From a virus (Duplodnaviria; Caudoviricetes): a stretch of DNA of 64,000 nucleotides. The stretch lies in IMG/VR virus record IMGVR_UViG_3300029998_000597; one strand, written 5' to 3'. Below, in pieces: positions 40,193-49,821 of this stretch. The translations under genes were made by a program, and so were the position numbers. Positions within the stretch are counted from its first letter, which is position 1; each line of letters begins with the position of its first letter. The notes below the pieces were generated by a model. That model saw only the letters and a list, made by a program, of their open reading frames with translations. It was not told where the DNA came from and made no database searches.

Positions 40193-40602
40193 TGAAAGAA
40201 ATAATAGGTGGAAATTTAGACTTAACATTTAAAATACTGGGAATTGAAGCCAGCAAAACTCACAATGGTGGTTATTACCAAGTATGGGAATTAGAAGATA
40301 TCGAATATAATAAGTTAGAAGCGTTAGATGATCAAATCTGGGAAGGCAATTGGGGCTGGTGGAGATATAGCGAAGGGTCAAATATAGGATCAGTCAATAA
40401 ACGATTTTCTATTAATGGGCACTGGATTTATGCTTGGAAAGGAGCTAATATTATTAATAAATATAGTAATTTAATTGAATATATAAACACCGAATTGGAC
40501 CTATCATCTGAAAGGAATATTTGTGCTCTAACAGTAGACTTAGCCCAACAAAACAGAGTAACTTTAAGTGAATTATTTAATAAATACCAATCAATAAATT
40601 AA
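40192..40602 (+). CDS. Hypothetical protein
   Basis: 136 aa, coupled. Confidence 0.75.
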   Translation: MKEIIGGNLDLTFKILGIEASKTHNGGYYQVWELEDIEYNKLEALDDQIWEGNWGWWRYSEGSNIGSVNKRFSINGHWIYAWKGANIINKYSNLIEYINTELDLSSERNICALTVDLAQQNRVTLSELFNKYQSIN

Positions 40603-40609
40603 ATAAAAA

Positions 40610-40996
40610 ATGAAAACAATAGAATTAGAGGATGTATCTAAATTATTAGATAAAGAATGGCTATCAGAAAATATAGAATTATTTGCTACCAATCGTTCAC
40701 CAACACATATAAAATTATTAAAAAGTAATAAATGGTACTGTTTTGATGAACAAAAATTTAATATTGAAGAATTAATATTTAATGAGGTTGAAATATATTC
40801 CTATAGAATTTGTGATAATTTAGATTATATATTTTCAAATGACGGAAATGTTATAGATAATGGGTTTCCAGTCTTTGCACCTACGATTACAGAATTAAAG
40901 ACAAAATTATTAATTGATATTAGAAATAGAATTGATGAGATTGATATTGAGAAAAAAGAGTTACTAAACAGAACTGAAGACATTTGCGAATTATGA
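40610..40996 (+). CDS. Hypothetical protein
   Basis: 128 aa. Confidence 0.7.
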   Translation: MKTIELEDVSKLLDKEWLSENIELFATNRSPTHIKLLKSNKWYCFDEQKFNIEELIFNEVEIYSYRICDNLDYIFSNDGNVIDNGFPVFAPTITELKTKLLIDIRNRIDEIDIEKKELLNRTEDICEL

Positions 40997-41358
40997 TCGT
41001 ATATTTAGATAAAAAAGGGTTATTATCGCTAGTTAAAGGTACTGAACCACATTATGGAGCTTTCGAACACCCATTAATTAAAAAATATGGTACTTATGTT
41101 GGTGGGATTGGTGATCATTGGGAGTGGTATTTTAGTCAGCTAATTGAAGCAACTGAGGCTGAACTATATGAAATGTATACAATATGTCAAGCTGGGATGG
41201 TTAATATACAACGAGAAATAATAGAAGATGAGTTTCCGATCACAACAGAACAAATGGATAATATGCCAGAATTTAAGTTTATGGAAGATAGATTAGGTTG
41301 GGAAATGGCTACATCAATTAATAACCATGTAATGGGTAATTTATTAAAACTAAAATAA
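40984..41358 (+). CDS. Hypothetical protein
   Basis: 124 aa. Confidence 0.7.
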   Translation: MRIMIVYLDKKGLLSLVKGTEPHYGAFEHPLIKKYGTYVGGIGDHWEWYFSQLIEATEAELYEMYTICQAGMVNIQREIIEDEFPITTEQMDNMPEFKFMEDRLGWEMATSINNHVMGNLLKLK

Positions 41359-41381
41359 AGAAGTTAAAAACAAAATTAAGA

Positions 41382-42947
41382 ATGAAATTTAAGAAATTAA
41401 CAGAAGAGGATAAGGAATATATTGCAAGTGTTTATAAGAATAAAGATCTTAGTTGGGACGATAGAATGGTTGATCTTTGTAATAAATTTTCAATTTCAGA
41501 AAGACAATTACGTAGGTGGTGTAGTGAAAAACTTGGTTTGAAAGAAAGAGTGGAAGGAACTGTTTCAACAGAACAATTAGAAGTAGCCAAAACGAAGGAA
41601 TTAAATAGCGATAAAAAATTCTTTTTAATTACAGCCGTACAAAATGCCAGTAAGATTAATTTAAGTTTTTGGAATAATTTAAAAACATACGCTGAATATT
41701 TAGATGCGCAGATACTTGTAATTCCATACACATATCATAACCCAACAAACCCATTGGTGATTAAAGAAGATGGTGATATGTGGTGGCCAAAAGAAGTTGA
41801 AGACTACTTAACATTAAATAGGCACAATATAAATGAAAATTTCTCAATACTTTCAGATGTTGTTATTTCACCAACAGCAATTATGCCATTAACCAATTTG
41901 GAAAGTATGACAGGAGAACACTCGTGTTGTGTTGCAAGCCCAAGGATACATATGAAAAGTTTGCCAGTATTTGGTGATAGGCCAAAGTTAATGTTCACAA
42001 CAGGTACTTTATCAAAACCTAATTTCACAAAAACAAAAATTGGAAAAATTTCAGAATTCCATTCAACGTATGGTGCATTATTAATTGAAAAAGATGGTAA
42101 AGAATTTTATGCGAGACAAATAACTGGAAAAGATAATGGTTCATTCAATGATTTATGGTATCACGTAGATAATGAAAATATTTCAAGAAATAAAAGTGTG
42201 CCAGCATTAATAAAAGGGGATACGCATTATCCATTTGTAGATAAAAATGTTCACAGAATGGGATTTGAAGATTTAGTACCAAAATTAAACCCAAATGAAA
42301 TATTTTTACATGATTTAATAGATTTTAGATCAATTAACCATCATGAAGCCAATAATTTCGTTAAAGTTTTTAGAAATCAGGAAGATGGATTAGGATCAGT
42401 CGAAAAAGAAATTGAAGGTGCAATGCAGTTTTTAGAAAAAATCAAACATTTAAATATTCGAATTGTAAACTCAAATCATGATCGTTTTTTAGAATCATTT
42501 ATTATTGATAGTGATATTAAAAAAGCTGGTATGAACACACTACAATATTTAGAATATGCAAAAGTCTTATTAGAAGATAAAGCACCAAAAGGACTGTTAG
42601 CTTATATTATCGAAAAAAGATTTCCAGAAATTAAATGTTTTGGTAGAGATGATAGTTATATTGTTAAAGGAGTGGAACTTGCTTGTCATGGATCTGATGG
42701 GATTGGAGGTTCACGAGGCAACGCCAAACAATTTAAATCGCTAAATATAAAGGTTATTACAGCACATGGACATAATGCACTTAGATATGATGGTAGTGCC
42801 CAGGTGGGGTGTAATTGTGATAAACGATTAGGATATAACCACTCAGCAAGCGCTTGGGTTCATAGTGATATTATTTTACATAACGATGGAAAATTTCAAC
42901 ATATTTTTTATTTGGGACCAAATTCTGAATATACAATATTAAAATAA
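41382..42947 (+). CDS. HTH + calcineurin-like metallophosphoesterase
   Basis: N-terminal HTH (CNKFSISERQLRRW); GDTH, HDLID, SNHD, CHG, AHGH metal motifs. Confidence 0.8.
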   Translation: MKFKKLTEEDKEYIASVYKNKDLSWDDRMVDLCNKFSISERQLRRWCSEKLGLKERVEGTVSTEQLEVAKTKELNSDKKFFLITAVQNASKINLSFWNNLKTYAEYLDAQILVIPYTYHNPTNPLVIKEDGDMWWPKEVEDYLTLNRHNINENFSILSDVVISPTAIMPLTNLESMTGEHSCCVASPRIHMKSLPVFGDRPKLMFTTGTLSKPNFTKTKIGKISEFHSTYGALLIEKDGKEFYARQITGKDNGSFNDLWYHVDNENISRNKSVPALIKGDTHYPFVDKNVHRMGFEDLVPKLNPNEIFLHDLIDFRSINHHEANNFVKVFRNQEDGLGSVEKEIEGAMQFLEKIKHLNIRIVNSNHDRFLESFIIDSDIKKAGMNTLQYLEYAKVLLEDKAPKGLLAYIIEKRFPEIKCFGRDDSYIVKGVELACHGSDGIGGSRGNAKQFKSLNIKVITAHGHNALRYDGSAQVGCNCDKRLGYNHSASAWVHSDIILHNDGKFQHIFYLGPNSEYTILK

Positions 42948-42955
42948 TTTAAAAT

Positions 42956-42987
42956 AAAAAAAGGAGAACTAAACACTCTCCTTTTTT
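42956..42987. terminator. Bidirectional terminator
   Basis: A7GGAGA/TCTCCT6 between convergent genes. Confidence 0.75.
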
Positions 42988-44072
42988 ATTATACCAAATT
43001 CAAACAACTTTTCTTCTATATTTTCATCAAATTTAATGATAAGTAAAGGTATTTTGTTATCCTTACAGTAATTAATTTTTATTTTATCTCTTATTTGTTG
43101 AGATTCAAATCCTTTACTACCATTAAATATTAATACTGGTATATAATGTTGTTCTCCATTATATTCAATACAAGTATTTAACGATGGTATATAAAAATCA
43201 AATGGTAACGGATTAATATTTCGACAATCGCTAAATCTATACTCTAAAATATATTCAATATTTTCTTTATCAAGCAAATTTTTAATTTCTATTGCGTTTC
43301 TCGAAAACTTACATTTTGGACACCCCTTACCAGAAAGATGTCCATGTGGTGTTTGCATAAACATACCATGACTTTCATTTGGGCAAATAATTGGTATTTT
43401 TATCTTTGCATTTGTGTAATTAACTAAGGTGTAATCATATCTATAATTATGTTTCAAATTTGCTTTTTCAATAAACTCTTCAGTTGTATAGTTATTAGTT
43501 CCAGCACATTCAATACAGCCATATTTTAAATGATTACTTGGAGTCTGACTAAACATACCGTGTTCTGGACAAATAATATTAACTTTTTCTTTGTTATTCT
43601 TATAATTGGTTAAAGAATAATCGTATTTAAAATTATGCTTAATATTTGATTCAAAAATGAATTGTTCTGTCGTTTTTCTAATATTTCCCCCACAAACTGG
43701 ACATCCCTTACCAGAAAGATGGTCAAGTGGTCTCTGTGAAAAAATACCATGACTAATTATAGGACAACAAATGTTAAGTTTAGTCTCAGAATCAATATAA
43801 ATTGTTGGAGAATAATCATATTTATAATTATGCTTAATATTAGATATTTCTATAAACTCTTCTGTCGTTCTATAATATCCCAAGCATCTTGGACATCCAG
43901 AACCCTTGTTAATATGTAAGTAAGGCTTTTGCTCAAATATTCCATGTTTTGGGCAAATTATTTTTACTGGCGTATCGCAATTTAAATATTCAACTAAAGA
44001 ATAATCATATTTATTTCCGTGTTTAAGTTTTGCTTTTATAATAAAATCACTTATATTTGAAGCTTTTCCCAT
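42969..44072 (-). CDS. Zinc-repeat (DUF723-like) protein with C-terminal PD-(D/E)xK-like nuclease; putative homing endonuclease
   Basis: Four repeats KHxxKYDYS..IICPxHG.F.Q.P..HL.G.GCPxC, then FDFYIPSLNTCIEYNGEQHY. Confidence 0.8.
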   Translation of the reverse strand: MGKASNISDFIIKAKLKHGNKYDYSLVEYLNCDTPVKIICPKHGIFEQKPYLHINKGSGCPRCLGYYRTTEEFIEISNIKHNYKYDYSPTIYIDSETKLNICCPIISHGIFSQRPLDHLSGKGCPVCGGNIRKTTEQFIFESNIKHNFKYDYSLTNYKNNKEKVNIICPEHGMFSQTPSNHLKYGCIECAGTNNYTTEEFIEKANLKHNYRYDYTLVNYTNAKIKIPIICPNESHGMFMQTPHGHLSGKGCPKCKFSRNAIEIKNLLDKENIEYILEYRFSDCRNINPLPFDFYIPSLNTCIEYNGEQHYIPVLIFNGSKGFESQQIRDKIKINYCKDNKIPLLIIKFDENIEEKLFEFGIIKKESV

Positions 44073-44081
44073 CCTTTAAAC

Positions 44082-44222
44082 CTATTTACTTTTTTCTATT
44101 TCTTTAACCAAATAATTTCTAATATTTTGGCTTAGATTAACGCCATTTTCCTTACACCATTTACGGATTGAAAGATATAGCTCTTCATCAATTCTAACTA
44201 AAATTGTTTTTTCTTTATTCAT
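44082..44222 (-). CDS. Ribbon-helix-helix-like protein (46 aa)
   Basis: Not in ORF track; MNKEKTILVRIDEELYLSIRKWCKENGVNLSQNIRNYLVKEIEKSK. Confidence 0.8.
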   Translation of the reverse strand: MNKEKTILVRIDEELYLSIRKWCKENGVNLSQNIRNYLVKEIEKSK

Positions 44223-44238
44223 TTGTTTTTATTGTTTA

Positions 44239-44248
44239 TTATAAATAT
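44239..44248 (-). promoter_or_regulatory. Putative late promoter
   Basis: ATATTTATAA 16 nt before the RHH ATG. Confidence 0.45.
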
Positions 44249-44329
44249 ATACAATTTTAGTTTTTGACCAGTTTTTAAAAAATTATTTTCATTTATTTTT
44301 TATTTAATATAATTTAACACAAGTAAAAC

Positions 44330-44360
44330 TTGTTTTTTATAAATATTATTCGTATATTTG
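44330..44360 (+). promoter_or_regulatory. Bacteroidota-type early promoter
   Basis: TTG-N20-TATATTTG. Confidence 0.8.
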
Positions 44361-44388
44361 TTTTGAAAGATTAAAATTATTTATAACT

Positions 44389-44781
44389 ATGGAAAAATTA
44401 GAAGAAGTCATTGGTTTAGAGCAATATAATAGATTGAATAAAGGTATTCAAAATTTATTAAATATTAAAACAGAAAATTATAATTCCGTCCTATTATCCC
44501 TTGATAATAAAGAATCTGATACAGTATATTTTGTTAATCACGATTCATTCCCATCCTTTGAGCTGGACATTGAAACAAAACAAATAACAGATGAGACAAT
44601 TGGTTATTTTCCAACAGGTTTAGGTTATTATAACCCTATCAAAATATTCAGCCCAATAGCTACCAATGAAAATTTTGAAAGATTATTAATGGTTTCAAAT
44701 GAATATATTTTCGAATTAACAGATGTGTTAATTTCAAAAGAAAATAAAAACCTAACATTTTCATCATCAAAAATTTTATAA
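44389..44781 (+). CDS. Hypothetical protein
   Basis: 130 aa. Confidence 0.7.
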   Translation: MEKLEEVIGLEQYNRLNKGIQNLLNIKTENYNSVLLSLDNKESDTVYFVNHDSFPSFELDIETKQITDETIGYFPTGLGYYNPIKIFSPIATNENFERLLMVSNEYIFELTDVLISKENKNLTFSSSKIL

Positions 44782-45050
44782 TGAAAACATTCAATAAAGA
44801 GACAGTTATATTAGTCATTTATGTTGATATCAGTATGCTTGATGCTTTTGATATTCCAGAATATATGGGCTCCGTTTTAAAATATACGAAATTGGGTGGT
44901 AATATCATTCAACACATCATACCAATTTATGGTGAATCCCGTATAGAGTGTGTTTATCCTAAATTTATAGTTTCAGAAGATGAATTTAATAGAGTAAACG
45001 ATGAAATCAAATTAATTGAAGAAAATTTATTAAACATAATAAAAAAATAG
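44781..45050 (+). CDS. Hypothetical protein
   Basis: 89 aa, coupled. Confidence 0.7.
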   Translation: MKTFNKETVILVIYVDISMLDAFDIPEYMGSVLKYTKLGGNIIQHIIPIYGESRIECVYPKFIVSEDEFNRVNDEIKLIEENLLNIIKK

Positions 45051-45083
45051 TTCCGAACAAATAAATAATTAAAAAAATTACAA

Positions 45084-45488
45084 ATGAAAGATTTAGAAAA
45101 GATTTTTGGCTCAGAACGATTTGGGATTATTAAAAATTTAGTTATCAACCCATTGGAGGTTACAATTTTTAATTCGGTTATTTTCAAAAAAGATGAAAAT
45201 GATAATAATCCAATTTATATTACACACACGAATTTACCAGCCATCATTGAAGATGAGAGTGAATTAATTTCGCCATTATCGATAGAGGAAGCTGAAGATA
45301 GTTATATTATTGGTGATTACCTCTGGGACCCAATTGACTACAGTAGTATTATCTTTTCAAATTTAATACCAACTGATGTGTTAGGTGATATTATTCTTTT
45401 AACAAAAAAACAAGTATTCGAATTAACAAATGTGTCGTTGGATGATGATAGGTTATTTTACGATGAAGCTATTGAATTAAACAATTAA
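45084..45488 (+). CDS. Hypothetical acidic protein
   Basis: 134 aa. Confidence 0.7.
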   Translation: MKDLEKIFGSERFGIIKNLVINPLEVTIFNSVIFKKDENDNNPIYITHTNLPAIIEDESELISPLSIEEAEDSYIIGDYLWDPIDYSSIIFSNLIPTDVLGDIILLTKKQVFELTNVSLDDDRLFYDEAIELNN

Positions 45489-45507
45489 ATAATAAATAAA
45501 TACAAAT

Positions 45508-45825
45508 ATGGAAAAAGATTTTGATAGACAAAAAGTACGTACAAAAAATGAGCCTAATTTAGAACTTGCGGATAATACCTTATTGGGGGATTTCATTTGT
45601 AAACTATCAACGGCTGTAAATAAAAATTGTAGTCTATCCACAGACATAGAAGGCATTGTCGGCCTAATTGCCCCAATGGATGAGAGTGAAATAACAATAC
45701 ATGATAAAATTGATGATTATTATGTCATAAATAGATTAAATGATTTATTATTTATTATTGAATCAGCGAATAGAACACTTGATAACACATTAAATACATT
45801 ACATAAGATAGTACCAAACAAATAA
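45508..45825 (+). CDS. Hypothetical protein
   Basis: 105 aa. Confidence 0.7.
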   Translation: MEKDFDRQKVRTKNEPNLELADNTLLGDFICKLSTAVNKNCSLSTDIEGIVGLIAPMDESEITIHDKIDDYYVINRLNDLLFIIESANRTLDNTLNTLHKIVPNK

Positions 45826-45837
45826 ATATATAGTAAA

Positions 45838-46131
45838 ATGAGTTTAAACCCAAATTATATTTATACAACCACAAAATCGAAATCCACAAGTGAATTATTT
45901 GAAATTAATGTACCAGAAGGAAAGCAAATTATTAAAACCGAATTGGAAGATGGGTTGTTAATTACATTTGAAGATATTATTAATAAAAAAGATAGTGAAT
46001 ATATAACTTTTGGAAATGGTAGAATGTATACTAGAGTTTTCTGGAAAAAAGCGCTTGAAGAATATATAATAAAATTAAAAAATAACCCTAATTATGGGCC
46101 AGTGTATCATGTGAGTGGAACATTTCTATAA
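45838..46131 (+). CDS. Hypothetical protein sharing a 26-aa module with 4630..5781
   Basis: FEINVPEGKQIIKTELEDGLLITFED. Confidence 0.7.
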   Translation: MSLNPNYIYTTTKSKSTSELFEINVPEGKQIIKTELEDGLLITFEDIINKKDSEYITFGNGRMYTRVFWKKALEEYIIKLKNNPNYGPVYHVSGTFL

Positions 46132-46152
46132 TTAATGATTACTAATAAAACT

Positions 46153-46191
46153 AATAATAGCTCATAAAAATAAATCTTATGAGCTATTATT
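46153..46191. terminator. Bidirectional terminator
   Basis: AATAATAGCTCATAA/TTATGAGCTATTATT perfect 15-bp stem. Confidence 0.8.
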
Positions 46192-46216
46192 ATTTTAATA
46201 TTTAATTCCAGGATGG

Positions 46217-46555
46217 TTAAACCCCTAAAACGGCAGCAATTTTATTGATTTCTTCATCAGAGAATTTATAAACGCCTGTACCATCCTGTGTTTTTTTCTG
46301 GTGTAACTGCTTAAATGCGTGAGATCTCTTTGCATCATCATCAGATTTAAATCCAAGAGCGTTAGACATTACTTGCGTCGCGTTGATTGTATCGTTCTCT
46401 AAAGCTTTTTGAATTGATTTATATTTCTTTTCGTAGTCCTTTGAAACTTCAACATTATCGTTACCTCTTTTTTTCTCATCTTCAGTAATAGCCTGTTTAA
46501 CTAATTTAGTAATTTTAGCTTCCAATAATTTAAGTAATTCTGGGTTAGTACTCAT
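46217..46555 (-). CDS. Hypothetical, putative internal head protein
   Basis: Isolated minus-strand gene with late motif; LLEA and ITED motifs. Confidence 0.7.
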   Translation of the reverse strand: MSTNPELLKLLEAKITKLVKQAITEDEKKRGNDNVEVSKDYEKKYKSIQKALENDTINATQVMSNALGFKSDDDAKRSHAFKQLHQKKTQDGTGVYKFSDEEINKIAAVLGV

Positions 46556-46570
46556 ATGTTTAGTATTTTA

Positions 46571-46580
46571 ATATAAATAG
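46571..46580 (-). promoter_or_regulatory. Putative late promoter
   Basis: CTATTTATAT 15 nt before ATG. Confidence 0.55.
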
Positions 46581-46669
46581 TTTAATTATTAAAAAAAATA
46601 AATAATTGTATGAAATATTTTTAGTTCAGCATTCAGGTTAAATAAAATCGTTATTTTTATGTTTAGAAC

Positions 46670-46700
46670 TTGCTTTTCTCACATTTTATCGGTACATTTG
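46670..46700 (+). promoter_or_regulatory. Bacteroidota-type early promoter
   Basis: TTG-N20-TACATTTG. Confidence 0.8.
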
Positions 46701-46723
46701 TTTTGAGACGATTAAAATAAATA

Positions 46724-47146
46724 ATGGAAAAATTTGAAATGGTTCAATTCCCAATAATAAAGAAAATATCAGCAAAATTATTATCAGATGAAATCACATC
46801 TTTAAAACCAATGTCACTTGAAGAAGCAGCCAAAGGAAGAGAAATTAAACAATATGATAATAGTTATAATAGTATAGACGAAATAAAAGATTTTATTATC
46901 AAAAAAGTTGTTGAATATAAAGGGTTAAATATAGATTGGGTAGACTACAAAACATATCATTCATTACCTTTTAATTTAGATAAGAATATTTATTATATTG
47001 ATAGGATTGGTAGCCTGGGTATTACTTGTTATAAACCAACAGAACACATTTTAGACCACCCCTATGGTATTGAGATTTGTACTTTAGACCCAAGAATCTG
47101 GAGTGAAGATGATATTAAAAAGGTGATCACAGAATTAAAAAATTAA
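46724..47146 (+). CDS. Hypothetical protein with capsid-like N-terminal segment
   Basis: FPIIKKISAKLLSDEITSLKPMS. Confidence 0.65.
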   Translation: MEKFEMVQFPIIKKISAKLLSDEITSLKPMSLEEAAKGREIKQYDNSYNSIDEIKDFIIKKVVEYKGLNIDWVDYKTYHSLPFNLDKNIYYIDRIGSLGITCYKPTEHILDHPYGIEICTLDPRIWSEDDIKKVITELKN

Positions 47147-47149
47147 ATA

Positions 47150-49630
47150 ATGGAAGAAAATAAATATACAACTGAATTAAAAAAAGTATTGGCATTAGTA
47201 ACTAAAGATTTAGTTGAAGACTTTCCTACCAAAAAGATAACCATTGAATATTTTATGCTGGCGATTTTGCAATCAAAACAATCAATAGCATATAAAATGT
47301 TGATAAAATTTTTAGCAAAAGATGATATAAATGATTTGTTAGTTTATTTTTCTGAATTATTAAAAGAATTATCTGCGACCACTTTTAAGCCGAAAGTATT
47401 AAATAATATTGAAAAATCAATAGGATTCGATTTAGTTTTTAGTAATTGTTTAATAGCTGCTAATACAGAAAAAGAAAAATTAAACGATATTAAGATAGGG
47501 TCTGAACACGTATTATTATCAATACTTTCAAATGTTAAAGATATATCAAAACTAACTCACGTTGGTCTAAAATATGATAACCTATTCAATACCATTAATA
47601 CTATAAAACAAGGTGAAATAGCCAAATTTGACGAACAAAATGAAAATACAAACCAAAGCTATGTAGAAACAATACAAGGCCAGAAAAATAAACCATCTGG
47701 TAAAGCAAATATGATTAAATTGTATTGTACTAATTTAAATACATTAGCAAAACAAGGTAAAATAGATCAAATAGTTGGTAGAGAAGTTGAAATTAATCGT
47801 TTAATAAAAATTCTTGGTAGAAGAAATAAAAATAACATAATTTTAGTTGGTGATGGGGGTGTTGGCAAGAGTGCTATAATTTACGGCTTGGCTAATATGA
47901 TAGAAGAGGGTAAGGGTATGTTTCTTAATGGGAAAGAAATTTTATCTTTAGACTTATCATCTTTAATAGCTGGTACTTCATTCAGAGGGATGCTCGAAGA
48001 GAGATTGAATGGTGTTATAAATGAAATAAAAGCCAATAAAAATTATATGTTATTTATCGATGATATTCATTCTGTATTATCATCAAATTCCAATAATGCG
48101 TCTGATATTGGTGGTATATTATCAAAGGCCATGATAGATGGTGATATTCAATTAATAGCAACGACATCCTTTAAAGGATATAAAAATTCGATAGAGAACG
48201 AACCATCTTTAAACAGAAAATTTCAAAAAAGCGTTATTACTTCAACAACAATTGAACAAACAGAGAAGATATTATTTAATTCAAAAAAATACTATGAAAA
48301 GTATCATAATGTAAGCTATACGGACGAAGCCATTAGAGCTTGTGTAACGCTTGCAAATAAATATATCACAGAAAGGCACCTTCCAGACTCAGCAATTGAT
48401 ATAATGGACGAATGCGGCTCAGAAAAAAAGGTTTCTAACCTATACAATGAATCGGAACTTTTTGAATTAAAGAAAGAGCTTGAATTAAATAAGTTAAACG
48501 TCAAAGAAGCATACTCAGAAAATAATTTTGATATTGGTGATGGTTATAATTTAATATGTATTGAAATAGAAGGTAAGATAGTAGATTTAGAAAAAAATAA
48601 AAAATCACAATCTAAGAATAATATTAAAGAAATTACTGAAATCGATGTGTTTAATATTGTATCTGAAATGACAGGTGTCCCAATTAATAGGTTGACTACT
48701 TCGGAGAAGGAACGTTATTTAAACATTGAAAACAAATTAGGTGAAAGTATAATCGGCCAATCGGAAGCGATTAAAAAGGTTGCTCAATCCATGAAAAGAA
48801 GCCGAATGGGACTTGGTAGAAAAAATAAGCCTAATGGAGTTTTTATGTTTGTTGGGGAATCTGGGTGTGGAAAAACTTTTTTAGCTAAAAAATTAGCTGA
48901 AGAAATATTTGGTAGTGAAGATGCTTTAGTTAGATTTGATATGAGCGAATACTCTGACCAAACAGCTGTAAATAAGATGGTTGGAACTGGAAGTGGATTC
49001 GTTGGGTATGATCAAGGTGGTTTATTAACGGAAGCCATTAAAAACAAGCCATATTGTGTATTATTACTGGATGAAATTGAAAAGGCTCATAATGATGTTT
49101 ATAATATATTTTTACAGATTTTTGATGAAAGTTTTGCTACCGATAATACAGGTGTTCGTGTTTCATTTAAAAATGTTATTATTATTATGACATCGAACGT
49201 TGGCGCAAAAGATGCGGCTTCATTAGGTCGCGGAACTGGTTTTCAAATAAATGTGGAAGATAATAAAAAGAATATAATTGAAAAAGCCCTCAAAGGTAAG
49301 TTTCCGCCAGAATTCATTAGTAGACTTAATGACGTTATTTATTTCAACTCATTAACCGAAGACAACTTAAAATCAATTATCGAGTTAGAATTGAGTAAAT
49401 TAAAAAAACGTTTGAATGAGATTAATTTTGATGTTGAATTTGGAGATGATGTTACGGACTATTTATTTAAAACAATCGGTTCAGATAAAAACAGTGGTGC
49501 ACGAAAGATCAATAGGGCCATTGAAAATGAAATTGAAAATGTTATTTGTGATATATACTTGGAAAATGAATTAGAAAATGGATATATATTTAATGTGAAT
49601 ATAAATAATAATAAAATCGAAATTAAATGA
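47150..49630 (+). CDS. ClpC/ClpB-family AAA+ ATPase
   Basis: Clp-N repeats, GDGGVGKS and GESGCGKT Walker A motifs, RFDMSEY, LLDEIEKAH, PPEFISRL. Confidence 0.93.
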   Translation: MEENKYTTELKKVLALVTKDLVEDFPTKKITIEYFMLAILQSKQSIAYKMLIKFLAKDDINDLLVYFSELLKELSATTFKPKVLNNIEKSIGFDLVFSNCLIAANTEKEKLNDIKIGSEHVLLSILSNVKDISKLTHVGLKYDNLFNTINTIKQGEIAKFDEQNENTNQSYVETIQGQKNKPSGKANMIKLYCTNLNTLAKQGKIDQIVGREVEINRLIKILGRRNKNNIILVGDGGVGKSAIIYGLANMIEEGKGMFLNGKEILSLDLSSLIAGTSFRGMLEERLNGVINEIKANKNYMLFIDDIHSVLSSNSNNASDIGGILSKAMIDGDIQLIATTSFKGYKNSIENEPSLNRKFQKSVITSTTIEQTEKILFNSKKYYEKYHNVSYTDEAIRACVTLANKYITERHLPDSAIDIMDECGSEKKVSNLYNESELFELKKELELNKLNVKEAYSENNFDIGDGYNLICIEIEGKIVDLEKNKKSQSKNNIKEITEIDVFNIVSEMTGVPINRLTTSEKERYLNIENKLGESIIGQSEAIKKVAQSMKRSRMGLGRKNKPNGVFMFVGESGCGKTFLAKKLAEEIFGSEDALVRFDMSEYSDQTAVNKMVGTGSGFVGYDQGGLLTEAIKNKPYCVLLLDEIEKAHNDVYNIFLQIFDESFATDNTGVRVSFKNVIIIMTSNVGAKDAASLGRGTGFQINVEDNKKNIIEKALKGKFPPEFISRLNDVIYFNSLTEDNLKSIIELELSKLKKRLNEINFDVEFGDDVTDYLFKTIGSDKNSGARKINRAIENEIENVICDIYLENELENGYIFNVNINNNKIEIK

Positions 49631-49815
49631 AAAACGAAAAAATTATTGCTGGAGTTTTGACTTCTGAAGAATATTGTAAATATCTTGAAGAAAGTAGACA
49701 TTTAATCCTCGTAGAAATTGATAACCTGTCAGAAAGTGGTGAGATAACATAAGAGTTAAGGCATAAAATATTGAATAAAGCTGGAAAATACAAAATAAAA
49801 ATTTTTGGTGAATAA
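49627..49815 (+). pseudogene. 62-codon ORF with internal TAA (49750-49752)
   Basis: MKNEK...ESGEIT*ELRHKILNKAGKYKIKIFGE*. Confidence 0.45.
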
Positions 49816-49821
49816 AATTAC

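Noticed and set aside
49718-49722. TTGAT as alternative TnpB TAM / left end
   Set aside because: TTAC at 49818 is backed by the matching AAAG guide and hairpin, and the right end is IS608-like.
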